A stretch of 64,000 bases of DNA from Phoronis australis (GCA_002633005.1 NMRA01000071.1:555628-619627), one strand, 5' to 3'; positions 1-14,219 are shown, numbered from the stretch's first letter. Notes: generated from the letters alone by a model not told the origin. Numbers and translations: made by a program.

Positions 1-2827
1 TAGTCTCGAGCCAGTAATGGGCTCCCGTCCAAGTTAGTCAAAGGAACTAAGTCTAAATTGTATAAAGTTATGTTTTGCCCTGAATGTGATTTCGCCAGCC
101 TGCGAGATATTTTTCGTGTCCTCACTTCTCTAACTCAGAGCCGACTCTGTCGAAGTATTTCGATGATTTCAGCCACTGACTCGAGCCTATTGGAACCAGA
201 TGTGACACGGCTAAGGTGGAACAGTCTACCGTGCTACCATTACGATGCTGCCTGCTCCGACTAAATTTGATACAGACGACAGCACGCCGGCCCTAGACGA
301 ATGTCTTCCGGAATCTCCAATCCCTTTGTTTTGGTTGTTTACACAGGAGAAATGATTAATTCACAGCAATCAACACTCGCTTTTAATAATTTGGTCCAAA
401 TGAGAAGATCGCTTTTATTTGTACAAAAGTTTCAACTTCTAGGGCATTTGGGTCCTCAGTCACAATGGCGGTGGTGCATAATAGGCGTTCGGTGACGCGT
501 AACGGAGACGGGACGTTGGGTTAATTTGCCACCCAACACAAACTGGGACCATGATGTACGGCCGGACTAACTTTCCAAATGACATTTTAGCAAACGGCGT
601 TCTTGTACATGGAAAATCATCAGTGTTATTTGTAGAAACACGTTGTGTTATTAAGTGATTGTATCGCTTAAGTCAACTTCAGCGGGAGCTTTTATATGAT
701 TGCGGATTTTGTAACGCCATGGATCAAGTACTGTAATTACTTAAAGGTGTCCCACTTGACTTCATTATGGTGTCGTTATAAAGCTTCCACAAACCATATT
801 CTCCTGGTGAAAATCTTCTTCAAAGGCCTATTTGTATTTCAAAGAATCGTCATCGCGTGCTTCTCTTTTGTTTGCATTGAAATTGGATTCAATCCTCTGT
901 TATTCCTACGTCAGCCATATATCATTCCCGATTAACCCGCCGTGACAAGTAATTTTATGGGCGTGGTCTGAAGCAGTGCCAGTTGTTCTAAATGAGTGCT
1001 AACAAGCCCTGAACCTGAGAAAAGGATAAGATAACGATAAAGTCACGTGGTCTGAACCTAAGGTTGGTTGTTCACACATACGTTTTTTGGCCTAGAAATA
1101 GTATTATCCGACAATATTGATACATAACTATCGATCTTCCCCTTGGCCCCCCTCAAAATCCGCCACTGGATTGTAGAGGCGCGCAGCGACGAATGGGGGG
1201 AGAGGTTTCTTACTTCCGCCCAGAGGAAAATTTTGTTTTTGCTTCTGAAAAACAGCAGTTTCCTTGATTTCCGAAGTATAATCATTCCTCGACAGCTATA
1301 CTTTGGCAAGGTCGCTATTTGCGACTAGCGCGCCGGTTGTCTGAATCGGACACCCAACAAACATACAAACTAAAACTCCACACATTGTCAAATATCTTGT
1401 TTCAGCCGTATGTTAATTACCGGGTTAAATGGTAAACTCAAAAATTTCTCTCGCTTTTGCTGTTTAATTTTTGAGGCCGTCAAAAAGGGCCCTGTCAACG
1501 CCCCCCTCCCTAAATCCGCCTATGACAAACAACGGTTTGAAAAACCCATCCAGTACAGTATTTTGAATTCCTTATGAAAGGCTGCACCTTCCGGAGGTGC
1601 ATCCTCAGGCTACATTCCTTACGAAAGCCGGAAGTTCACTCTTGTACTTGTGCACTTTTCACTTCATAAAAATGTCCTTAGCTGCAAACTCTTATGAACG
1701 ACATCGTGACGCTTGTTACGTTTAAAAGTAATGCATCCCAAAAGGTTAGTCAGACTAACAAGCATTTTGTTCAAAAACCTTCGGAATGGGTTATGTTACG
1801 TGAACAAATTTTTTGAATAGACATTTTTCATGGAAACTGTCAACAAAATAGGTACTTTTAATCGCAACAGGTAACTCTCATTTCTCCCAACCACACAACT
1901 TCAACATCGACAAATGACCAGCCGTGCCGCCTTATTCAATATACTGAACGCCCATGCAGTGGGAAAACGTAGCACTTCAGACCGGAATGTGATGTTCAGG
2001 TCATCACCACGATCACAGAACTCTGGGCGCTTTTTCAGAATAAACAAGTGTCAATCATTTAACTGCAAATAAACACTTTAAAATGGTAATCCACTCGTTA
2101 AATACTCGTTCTTCTTCAACAATGGAACCATGTGTGTCCTTTGTGGGCAGTCAAAACATTAATTACGCCGCCTGCAGGCATTTACGGTGACTACGAGTCA
2201 GGATCAAAGGCGAAGCTGTCAATGAGGTAACTGCGTGCGAGTTTAACGGGTGCTCTCTCGATTTAACAAAATACACCAAAGTTAATTTGTTCATTCCATC
2301 GCCTAGGAGTCTTAATTAATATGTGGTTTACGACAAAAGCTTGCTTTAAGGAAGGGAGCGCAACCCAACTAAAAAATCTCGCGATGTGTCAACTTGAATA
2401 AAGCACCGGTAGCCGACTTGTATGTAAGGTCTACGTGAGGCTGGGTTTTGAAATTGAATCAAAATGTTGGGAATTTTTTGTGCTCCGTTGATAGAACTAA
2501 CACTATCACCGATTATTGCAATACTGGGATTGGCGTCTATAGTTATGGCTATTCTTTTTGACTTCCACACGGAAATTGCTGTCCTGGAGTCTATAGGGGT
2601 TTCACACTGTTTACCTGGATACAGGTATACCGATAAGTTAGTACCAAAGCACGGTTCCACTGAACTTATTGAATGAGTACGTCAAAGGTTCTGCTGTAAA
2701 TGTTTGAGTGAGTACCCACAGCTACATCGTTTTAAATTTCATTTTACTTCATGTTGGAAACATCCATCATTTCAAAAAGTGTTTTATTCAGACAGATTTT
2801 ATCTTAACATGGAGATCGCACGGCACA

Positions 2828-2988
2828 AATATATTACAACTCTTATTCATATGTAATATATTACAACTCTTATTCATATGTAATATATTACAACTCTTAT
2901 TCATATGTAATATATTACAACTCTTATTCATATGTAATATATTACAACTCTTATTCATATGTAATATATTACAACTCTTATTTCATAT
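2828..2988. repeat. 27-bp minisatellite, ~6 copies
   Basis: Unit AATATATTACAACTCTTATTCATATGT. Confidence 0.95.
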
Positions 2989-3898
2989 GTCGTATTTGTT
3001 CCAATCGATAATTGTCCCTAATTGTAAATTTCTAAAAATAAACAATATTGCTGGATATTTGTCAGCTTTTACTCCTACCAGCGATGTGAGTTATCAAGCA
3101 AATCAAATTTCATTTTTTAATTGTTTCTGTGGCAATCGAAGTCGTGGGTGCTGAGGGGTCTTATATTCCTAACAGTCGTTTGTGAACATTTTTCTCTGCG
3201 GCTGGAAGTAGCATTGAGACTGAGGTGATGACATAAAGGCGGCAGTGGCGTTCTCGTTCAATCCTAAGTTCCTATTGAGTATAAGAGCCATGGTCTCAAA
3301 AACAGACATAATGCTTTGCAGCGCTGTGCGATCATGGTTCCCAAGATTGGCGGGATCTTACGCTCCGGTACAACGTTTAAGTTCCTCAAATAGTTCCAAC
3401 ATTTTTTGTCAGATTCTCATATCTTCGTAAAATTAGATTCCAAACCTATTTAAAAGGTTGCAGTCAGGACCCGTCGCACAATAATGTCACCATGGTGAAA
3501 AATGTAACGTCAATGACGGAGATGAAAAGGCAATTAAGTATACACGAACTCCTCAACCGCTTGTGATGTTAATTCTGTGTGACCCGAGACACACGCGGAG
3601 CTGTAGTTGATTAATTTTAATTCAAACATGGCGAGATCAACCAACCCGCGCATTCTCAACTCTCATATGACTTGCATGACCTGGTATTTCCGCCGACAAC
3701 TGGAAATGTTGCATTTTTTCTTTAACATACAAAATGTTTCCGACAGCGGGATTTGATTTAGGAACAACAGACACCACTTAAGTTCCGCAATAAACTTACA
3801 TACTGAGTATTCATCACAAAGCTGTGCACTTATGTAACTTTTTATACTTGGTTGGACCAATAATAACGATTCGCTGTGAGAGATTCATGTGGATCCCT

Positions 3899-4255
3899 GT
3901 GCCCGGTTGCATGAAATAGTCCCAAATAGGGATTCAACTAGGTTCCCTAAAACTTTTCGTATTTGTTTTGTTCTTTAAGCGCAGATGTAATATTTTTTTC
4001 TAACATTTTATCTTTATTATAAGCTTTTCTTTCACTAAAGACGTTTCTAATAATATAACTAAAAACTGAGCCCTTAATTCAGTCAAAATAATTATGGACT
4101 TGAGAATTCAATGTAGAGTTCATTCTCGATTTGTATCAAGCCAAAGCCTGACTTAGAAACTCAGCATGTAAGACAGGACAATCAGGCCCACTGCGGCGTA
4201 AATTTAGGGAAGTTGGCTGAGTCTCCATCTGAGACTGTTTCATGCAAGCGGACAC
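3899..4255. mobile_element. MITE (PIF/Harbinger-like TIRs)
   Basis: TIRs GTGCCCGGTTGCATGAAA / TTTCATGCAAGCGGACAC around an AT-rich core. Confidence 0.6.
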
Positions 4256-7043
4256 TAGTGGGGGCCTGTAACAAATATAAAAGGACACAATAGGCAGTAA
4301 AATGTATTTTGAGGGTTACTTTTGGTAATGTTAACTTCGTTAACTGTAAAGTAATTAACGTTGACGAGAACTTTAAAACAACAAAAAATGTCGTGTTCTT
4401 GTGATTTTACTGTAAATCGCCGATTCTTAACAAGGCTGAAATCGAGGCAGTGAACTGGTCGGTTGTTTCGTTGCGGACACCGTGAACTAGCCGATGTGGG
4501 CGGCGTGCTGATCGGCGTGAAAAAATAATAAGGGCTAATCTCTTGAATGTATGTGAGAAAGAGGGTGAGAACGGAAGCACAACATCTCAAGAGTAAGCAT
4601 TCGGGAACGAGATCGAGCGATGGACTGACGTGAGAGACTGCGAGCTGAATATTTCCCGTGGAAATGCCGAGATTGCTTGTGTAGCCTGGTGGAATTACAT
4701 TCCTCCAGCGACAGAAGTTGTGTGACATTCATGCATATTTTTCATGATTGATTTTAAGCGTAATCCTATGATCACTTGTTTGATGAAAATTCTCTAAACG
4801 AGCAGAAATAGCATTCGTTCTTCATTTTGTCCATTTAGTTGACCTGACTCACTGGGCAAAGGTCATCCGGTTCAATTTTGATAATGATGACGTAATAGAT
4901 CCAGGAAACAACTTGTTCACATTTGAAGGACTTGATTTTTATAAAAATTCAAAGCAGATTTCTGCTTCAAAATTTCGTTCAATTTGTCTGTAAACTCTGC
5001 TCAGTCATTTCCGGCAAAGTCGACAGTTGTGCAAGACAATTTTCACTAATTGTGAAGTTCATGCAAGATATTTTTTGGTCAGTCATCAAGGTTTACTCCT
5101 TAGCTGTATGTTCAAAATGTTACATAAAGGTGCACGGTGCAATATGGCAGTAAGAGGGTCACATAAAAGACCACGAAAATTAGCTAGGAAAATTGGTCTG
5201 TAGATTATCTCCCATGTCTAGCACAAAGCCGTCCAATTTGACTCGTTCCAACTTTAAAGGCATTGATTTCAATTTAAAAATCCTACAGAGTGTTTAAATT
5301 AACCTGATAATGTCAAAGAAATGGAAGAAAACAAGAGGGTTACATGTACAATTTTTTATATTTCCTCAAACTTAACCTCAACTGACTCACTCAATGGGCA
5401 AAGGTCATCGGGTTCAGTTTTGATGCTGAATGCGTAATACACCCAGAAAACATCTTGTTATCATTTGAAAGAGCTTAGACCTGATTTCTATAACAATTTA
5501 AAGCAGAATTTTGGACAAATGGTCTCTAAGTTAAGGCAACATTTTTTATTGTTCAGTCACCAAGGGCTCTTAACTGTATGTTCTAAAAGTTACACAAGGC
5601 TGCAAGGTGCAATATAGCGGTAAGAAGGTCACAAAAACGGCCACTAAATTAGCCACAAAAAGTGGTCTGTGGATTATCTCCCTTGTATACCACAAAGCTG
5701 TCAGGTTTTAATAAATGGCACATAATTATGCAGAGTATACGTTTATTATTCCAGCCACCAAAGTATAACTTTTGATCTATTTTCTAAGTTACTTATTTTC
5801 GTTGCTGAAAACATACAATTTGGGAAACGGCTGATAATTTGTGGTCTCATGCTCCAGCGGCGAAATTAAGGGTCATTGAGTGCACAAAATTTGGCATTTA
5901 GACTTTTTTTAGGACACCTATCCTTGTACAAAAAATGAAGTTGTTTGAATTTTGACAATAGACTGATTTTTTGAAAATCTATTTGTTTTTGTATGGACCG
6001 CCTCTTAAAAAATTAATCAGCAATGGCACTCGAAATCCGAAATAATATTTTCGTTTTCCATTTTTGAAAACATTTTTGGAGACACTATTGAAAAATCTGA
6101 AATTAATGAAATATTCGCCGTGATAACAATGTGTTGAGAGTATAGCAAATGTTGAACTTCACCCACAGACTAATGCTTTGATTACTTGTCCCGATTCTAC
6201 GTCACGGTAGTATGTATCGGCCAATAAATGGTCATAACTCGAGATCAGCTAAGTAACATATCGTTAGATTGCGCGGGTGATATGATTTGACGGATGATCA
6301 ACTAGTGGGATTGTTTTTGATGTTTTTGATACGAAATTTGTGATTTTAAGTGAAGCATTTTCAGGAGGTTCAACACAGTAACTAAAACCGTCACTGTTTT
6401 ATACTGAGTAACTTATACATGAACATGATTTTGTAGTTGAAATAAAATATTACCAAATTTGATGCAAATTCCTCATAAAATGGCGAAAACAACGTTGATG
6501 GAAAATTCGTCGGTAAGTGAATGCTGCTTCATAGGATGGACATAGAATAAAGGTAGCGTCTCTCGGGGACGAGATGATCGGTGTAAGTATTGCAATTGTG
6601 GCGATATCAAGACTTCAAACTGGAATAATATAAAAATTTCCCTTTACTTTGTATCCTGGGTTAACTAACAATATCAACACTGGATGTTTGGGATTGACGA
6701 CTTCGGTATTTTACAATGCACTCTAAAATTGACCCTGCGAGGACATGGGAAAGATAAACGGGTTTGTGACAATCCTAAACATACTGGGAATGACAACAAT
6801 TTGACCACCAAATCGACGTCTTTCGAAAAATGTTGCTTTGAACACGCCTTACTGTATCGCTCACTTATATGGAAAATGCACAAGAACGGGAGACCTCGTC
6901 CAGATGCGCTAAAAAGCCTACCGGTCTTATAGAGTGTTTCCAGTTGTGTAGTTTTCTGCCGTTGCTTTGTCGCACTGTCCATTTGCTTCTTTAACACGCG
7001 CTAAAAGGGATTTTTTATCACGTGTAAGCCCTGTTTACTAGTC

Positions 7044-7287
7044 CTTAGGCGGATTTAAGCCACCCCCCCCCGTGGCTGCTGCCGCAAGCTAAATGAAACA
7101 GCAAACGGCAGGCGAGAAGGAGGGGCCCGGACCCCAGATAACGGATGAACGCGATGCCGTTTTTTTAGTCCACCGATAGATTTTCGGAACAGGAGGTTCA
7201 CACTCCCGGCACATATTGTAGCGCTTTGTCCATTTCCCCGAGGCAACTTATTGCCCCCCCCCTTATGGTATCCTAGATCCGCCTCTG
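7044..7287. mobile_element. MITE family B (GGCGGAT...ATCCGCC TIRs)
   Basis: TIRs ..AGGCGGATTTA / CTAGATCCGCCTCTG, TSD TAGTC. Related partial copies end near 1523 and 15528. Confidence 0.7.
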
Positions 7288-7696
7288 TAGTCGATTACTG
7301 GTTGGTTGAGATATCGTACGTGAACTTGTAATTCACTGACGTGCAATTCTGAGATCTTGCACGCTATCTCAGGAATAGGCAAGTGGTCGTGTTTGTGGAC
7401 ATTACTGATACAGACATTGATCATGTGCCAAAAAAGTGATAGATTTTATCTGACTTTGTTCGCGTTTGAAAACTTCTGCTTTACTTAAGGTCAAGATTTC
7501 AAGTTGGCGGACACCCAGTTTTGAGAAAAATGTGATTTCAATTCCAGCGCAACTGCGAAATTCGGTTATAAGCCATAGTCTTGAACAAAGTGATGATGCT
7601 TCAATAAAATTAGATGCAAATTGAATTCTGGAATTCTTTGTCACCCTACCTCCATACAGCAAAGCGCAGAGAATACTTTTTGCCAATCTGAAATAG

Positions 7697-7844
7697 CATG
7701 GAGGGCGCAGCACTGAAAAAAGTGGGGGACTAAAAGCCCCCTCAGCCTCCCAGTGGGGCATCAACTATAGACTATGTGCAGCGTAGAACTGAAAAAGTGG
7801 GGGCTATAGCCCCTCCCCCAGCCCCCTATGGTGCGCCGCCCATG
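7697..7844. mobile_element. MITE family A (CATGGGCGGCGC TIRs)
   Basis: CATGGAGGGCGC...GCGCCGCCCATG with TSD AATAG and an internal repeated GCACTGAAAAAAGTGGGG. Confidence 0.75.
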
Positions 7845-7881
7845 AATAGAACTCCTAAGAGTTTCTGCAATTTTGACTTAG

Positions 7882-10627
7882 CCCTGGACGGCCCCATGTT
7901 GTAATATTGCAACACAACTTTTGAAAATCTATAATTAACCCCCAATCATTTTCCACTCCTGTTATTGATTGTATACCCTCCAAGACCCATTGTTGCAGTA
8001 ATGCTACAGTGTGAAGGACTTCTCTTGACAAATGAATTAAACTTGAATTGGAAATTCAAGACGTATGCCGCCACGTTGAAAGCTGTCAGCAAAAGGAGGC
8101 ACAAAACAGTTCTCACAGGGGTGTGCCTATCAGAACACACGTCATTGGACTCTTCACCCTTTCTTCACTTTGTCAAAAACTGCATGCAAATAAAGAAAAG
8201 TGTTGAGTCATTTCACATCACAAGACCTACAGATGAGCAGAGAAACTTTATTTTTTTGTGTTACTGACCCTTTTACTTCCACTGAAAACCAAGCTTGACT
8301 AAGAAAAATAGGGGCAAAAAGGCAAATCGGCACTTTTTACCCCAAAACCACCACTTCCCTGCCGATGCTCGACTAAAACCAACATTAGATTTCGAAAGAA
8401 AATTTCCAACCGATTCCAAAAATGTGGTCCAAAAGTACTGTCAACCAACTAGTTTTTTTGCAAATCTGTTTTGTTTGAGGGCTACCTGAAATCGCGGCCA
8501 ATTTCTCAGCTGCTACACAGCAATTCACAAATTGCAACAGGCGACCACCATCTCGAAGAAGAATGAAGCTACAGCAGAAAAAGTGGCTTTTTATTCTCAG
8601 CATGTTCACAAATACAAAGAAACCACTTTCACTTGGCCTACATACAATACCTAACTAAAAATGCCCCCAAGCCTGGCCTGCCCCTAGATTTTAATATTTT
8701 GGAGTGCTAATTGGCCGCGGCCGCAGCCTAACTGTTCAGTGACACCAGAGGCAAAGACATTCTCTACTCAGTCCAGGTAAATTTATCATTGCAATATGAT
8801 GGATTCAAACCATTAAATGTCATGTTATTTACTGGTGTAAACCTTATGTTGAATAATGTTCTGTTATCTAAGCGTACTTGTCCTGAAAAGCCATGTTGTA
8901 TAATGGCAACACGGGGCTCTGTCATCACCATGCCAACACTTGTACTTAGTCTTCTGTCTCACCTCAGGTAGGGTTAATGCCCAGTTAATGCTAAATGTTT
9001 TTTAACAAAAGCGCAATAGTTTTTTTTTCTTTTGAGCAATATATCTACTCTTCTAAACAGTATTTGTTAGATTTTATTTTTTGTGTAAATAAAATAAACA
9101 ATTTGCGTTCTTGTGCTGCCGGGTCTTTCGTTCGTTGTCTCTTTCACATCAAATTCAACTTGATGATTGTATAGGATCTGAGCCAGTGTCTTTATGAACT
9201 TATGTTATTGTTTATTACTCGCTATTTGTCAAGATTTTCCTTCGAAACACACCTAATGTAGTACACAAAATGAATGGGCTAATCGATTTCTTGACTAATT
9301 TTTAGATTCAAAACAACAAGGAAAACCGTCGAGTTGGGCGATGTGCCACATTTGTTAGATGGAGACAAGGGTCACGTGGTGACGATGATGAAAGATGGAG
9401 ACAAGGGTCACGTGGTGACGATGATGAAACATGGAGACAAGGGTCACGTGGTGACGATGATGAAAGATGGAGACAAGGGTCACGTGGTGACGATGATGAA
9501 AGATGGAGACAAGGGTCACGTGGTGACGATGATGAAAGCTGTGACAGTGATGATGAACCAATACTAGTATACGAGCCAATCGTATCCATGGGTGCAGTCT
9601 CAAAAATAAGGAAAAGGTTCATTTGAAGAAAAAGTCGAGATCGACGTATACATCTGCGTTGCGCACAAGTATGACAACAAACCAGTAACTGTCACGTAAA
9701 GTTTTGTTGGTGCTAGTCCAATTCATAATGTTAGAATATGGGACAAGAGCTCTAAGTCCCATGTCTAAATTCCAAGGCCATTTTGTGTGCAGCTAGTGCA
9801 ATAAGTTTTGGGTGGTGTCGACCTGTTGGATGCTCCGTCAGCAAAGTACACGTACGGCATCACATCCGGAAGGTGGTATCTGTACCTTTTTTGGCACATC
9901 ATACCATTGTTGTTGTCAATTCTTGGCTGTTGTACCAAAAAATTGTGCTCTTCAAAGCCCGAAGGTAAGCTCATGAAGCTGAGATCTTTCCAGGCCCATT
10001 GCGACATCACTGTGCAAAGCTCCCAAGCGAGGCCGGCCATCGTTGGATGAAGTTAAGCCGCCAAAACCTGCACCAGCAAAGATGACAAGAAATAGAATTG
10101 TTCCGCGTGACGTTAGCTAAAATGGTGTTGGTCGCTGACCCATAAAAGTTGCTAAAAGAGGTCATTGCAAGTACTGTGTCGACGACATCATACTGGAAGT
10201 GTGTGCGAGAAATGCTTCACTTCAGAAAAAAATGTTTCTGTCTGTATCACAATTAGTTTTTACAACTAAGTTGTGTGATGTTTAGATGCAACAATGTGAA
10301 TCAGTGGCCCATAGAGTCTACCAAAGAGATCTTTGAATACGTTGTGTTGACTTCATTACAGGAATTGTATGCGGACTACTTATCTTTACTTACTAGAACA
10401 TCTTACTTGTATAACAAACTTAGTATCTGAAATTGAGCAGAAGGAAAGTTGGAAGAGTTTTTGCTGATAATTAGAGTAATTTTCATATAAAAAATGTTTC
10501 ATCTCAAGTTATTTTGTAGTGATTTTCACAAATAAATGTCTAGATAGACATGGGAATTTGCTACTATCAGCTCCCATAGTTGCAAAAGTGTAGCACTGTA
10601 CAAAACGATGTCATTGAGCTTTTGGGG
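7882..10627 (+). mobile_element. Decayed, internally deleted piggyBac-family DNA transposon
   Basis: 9630-10256 translates, with stops and frameshifts, to piggyBac/PGBD motifs KYDNKPVTV..SFVG, NKFLGGVDLLD, RWYLYLFWH..VVNSWLLY and a C-terminal Cys-rich tail (RGHCKYC...CEKC...CFCLYHN*). Putative ends TTAG|CCC (7882) and GGG|TTAG (10627); boundaries are less certain than the transposase relic. Confidence 0.75.
9357..9536. repeat. 36-bp minisatellite, 5 copies
   Basis: Unit AGATGGAGACAAGGGTCACGTGGTGACGATGATGAA. Confidence 0.95.
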
Positions 10628-12726
10628 TTAGAATGCAAGTTGCTGAAATTCTCAGTTTTGGAAGCCACCGAGATTAAGCGAGATATTGCCGTGTATTTTA
10701 AATAAGAGTACGTGACCTTGACTAGCTTTTGGCTAGGTCCTAGCGTAGGTCCTAGCGTCTACTGAACGCACGCCAGGTTCCCGTAACTGCACCTTATTAA
10801 ACAAAAATGTACCTTCAAACCATAACACTAGCTAATAAAACGCATGAACATGTAAGCCAGTAACTAATAAACACAAGTTAACAAACAGAAGAAAATAACA
10901 TAGACCGCCAGGGGGCAACACAATATGGAACTAGAAGCACACACAGCGCCCCTTTTGAGGTACCTGCAGGTTGTTAATTATTTGGGAAGCATTTACAAAT
11001 AAGTAAATAAAATTACTTCATGGAAATATAAGGTGATGCTCGAAGACACGTAAGCAGACAATTCACGGGTAACCAGGACAGTTTGGGAGACGGGTATCCC
11101 ACGGGTATTTGGAGACACTCTCCAAAAAGATTTTCAGAATTTATTCGAGTTAAAATGAATTTTGGTTCATTCTAATGACATCCTGTTACAGTTTACGAAT
11201 CAAACTTGCACTCCAAACCTGAAAGTCTGTTGATAATTGTCAGTACATATACTTTGAGCACGTTCTAGCCTGTGAACAGTACACGGTCACCAAAACTCCC
11301 GGCAATGATTGGCACAGATGTTTCCCAAAAAATCTCCCTCTTCATACAATGCGTTTCTGATAACAACTTTCAAAAGTACTGTTCTTGGTCTTCCAGGACT
11401 TTGGTTGACAGTTGTGCTCAACTTTGGATCTCCTCTTCCAAAATTCCGGGGCTCATTCCCACTGACTGGTTGTTCAAGGACGTGCCTTTGAAAAGGGTCA
11501 CTTTTTAAGCGACAGTCAAGGTAAGTCAACCCTATCACCACCTGATGGATTGTGGGAGATTTTTTCTGACAATATTGCCGGTCCTGCTTGGAGTCAAGGT
11601 AGGCCCCTTAAATCAAAGAAATGTTACCCTAGTAGTACGGGGTACTCAGGGCGACGGCTCCGGCCTTCCACATAGGGGGCATCCAAGCAGTGAGAAGGGG
11701 GAAGGCTCGGGGGCACTTCCACATGTGGGTATACGGAATGTGCCGCTCGGAAGGGTCCCTTTTCAGAAGGATAATTACCTTTTCCACTGGAAAATCCATA
11801 CGGAACAGTGAGTATCCTTTGGACGACACAGTCCACCAGTTTAACACTGGAGTACCCTCCCAGGAGGCAGGGCGAGATTGGCGCAAAACCATTGTCACCA
11901 ACATAAAATAAGGTTCAAACCGAGGGGAACGAAATGATGAGCAAAAGAAAAAAAAAGCATCAGGTCCAAATATAGACGACTCCAGCTAGGTGACTGAGGA
12001 CGTGGGTCGAAGGATCAGGTGCACCCAATAAATGAAATCACTGAGGGCATCACCAAACCTCTGAACGCTATTGTCCCTGGTTGTTTCAGATTCCCAGTGG
12101 CGGATTGTGGGATTCCCGGGGGGGGGGCTCCACTGTTCAGAGATGACTGCATCTTTGTCCAAAAAATTGCGGCAAGGAGGCTGTTTTCAGCTCCATTGAT
12201 GAGATCCGCACCGGGTCTAATATGCCCCCAATTTTTATGTCAGCCCCGCAATAGTCCCTGGAGATAACAAAATTTCACTTTCCTACCAATAATAGGCGTC
12301 ACTAGAAATAGCCTCTACATTGGTTCTTTTACTTATGTATTAATGCGGAAGGAATAAATTGTAGAGGTGTATCCAGGTGGTTGATTTTAGAGTTCCACCC
12401 AGCAATAGGGGGTTGCCGGGGCTAAAAATCACCCGCAATAAGAGGCGGGAAGAAAAAAATCATTAGAGCCTGTCAAATTCTTATGGAAAGGCAAAGCTGT
12501 GAGTGACCCTCGGGGTGGGATTCTACTTACCGGGGGCCGCCGAATACATCCTGCACCACGGCTTCTGTGGTGGTCACTATTCGTTGACGTGGTTGCGGCC
12601 TTTTTCTCATCACCTGTTTCCTTGTGAAATCACGGTGTTTTTTCTCCGGCGTTACAATACCCATTTACCCTGTGAGTCATGAATATTCTCTTGGAAAATT
12701 ACTGTAGATAGTCTGAAAGGAGGTTG

Positions 12727-12868
12727 AATGGGCGGCGCACCATAGGGGGCTGGAGGGGCTACAGTCCCAATTTATTTAGTGCTGTGCCGCCCATGGTCTA
12801 TGAGCGGTGTACCGCAGGGGGGCTGGGAGGCTTTAGCCCCCACTTTTTTCAGTGCTGTGCCGCCCATG
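12727..12868. mobile_element. MITE family A copy (inverted relative to 7697)
   Basis: ATGGGCGGCGCACCATAGGGGGC...CCCCACTTTTTTCAGTGCTGTGCCGCCCATG; matches the reverse complement of 7697-7844. Confidence 0.7.
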
Positions 12869-14219
12869 GGTTGTCCGCTGCCCCCCTCCCCGCCTATGTT
12901 ACTTATTATTGTTTCGTCGCTCCGCGTGAGATTGACACTCCTGTGTAAAGTATCCTCCAACAAACCACAAAGAGAGGGGTCTAAATTTAACGAAGGTCAT
13001 TTTTTCGCGCGACGGAGGAGGCTAAGTCAATTTTCAAAGTTAAAATAATGTCACTTTTCTGTTGAAAATAACCCGGGGGTCATTTATCAACATTGAGAAA
13101 GTGACCCCAGGTCATTTCTCCAAGCGGCAAATGTAGGCTTACATTTCTGTGCGACGGGGTACGTGCGCTAATAACTGACGGAAATGGTAAACCTGTTGAA
13201 ATATGCATGGATGAAGGACTGATCGATAGCGTTCCATGCACCTCCCGCAGCAAAGACGACACCGAGGCTGCGATGTCCTTTAGCTGTGAAGAATAAAAAA
13301 GGAGAATTTCGAGCCCAGCCAATGAAACCGTCTTGGATGCATTTTATTGGTGGTTCTGGTCTCATATTCCCTACCTGCCAGTGTAGAAAGTAGCGTGACT
13401 GCCAGCCATTTTGAACTTCTGTCCACTGGATCTAAGTCAATGAGAAGGGATCAAATGCAAGCCGCTTTCGCTCATTAGAAAACTCCTCACAACTATTTAT
13501 TTATTGTGATATTTAAAATGATGGTGGCCTGTTTAGTCATAGCACTGCTTTCCAAGAGGGCCATCTACAACAAAAAACAGTACAATGAAGTGATAAAACA
13601 ACACTCTAAAACCTTTTATTTCAGTAAAAAATGCATAAGTGGATTGAGAGTGTTATTATTATTGGAAATGTGAGACATATTTTCAGATTACGATTTGAGC
13701 TTTCTCGGATTACTAACCCCTTTTTGAAATTCGACTCCCCCTACTAGAGAAGCTCGTTGCGTGCATGAAGCGTGTAGATCCTGGGTACACTATCGATTGT
13801 AGGTATGCTGTTGCTATTTCTCCCTTACGAATTACTAGATATTGATTGTATTACCTTTCACATGGAACGTGGTGGCAAACAAGCTTCAATAATCAATAGT
13901 TTCTAAGCCCTACGCATAAAAATCAAAGAGCGGCCCAAAACGATCATACAATTTAGTTGCTGTGTTGTTGTTCTGTTGCAGATACACAAGCAGGTGCATG
14001 AACGGTGACTGAAGAATCGTGAATACCACGCCAACTTTGACGGTCGGATATTGTATACCACGTGACAAGCCAGACGGCATACATTCCACGAACTAAAAGT
14101 ACATATAACACGATTCACGTGCATAGAACGGTAACCTTTCATTACTGTATCATCTCTGAAAGCAAATTCTTGAAGAATTCTTTGAAAAAGTGAATTAACT
14201 GCGATCGCAGACCACCACT

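Noticed and set aside
2346-2660. Minus-strand ORF with IAIIGD, faintly like a LINE endonuclease
   Set aside because: A single weak motif with no other endonuclease or RT signature.
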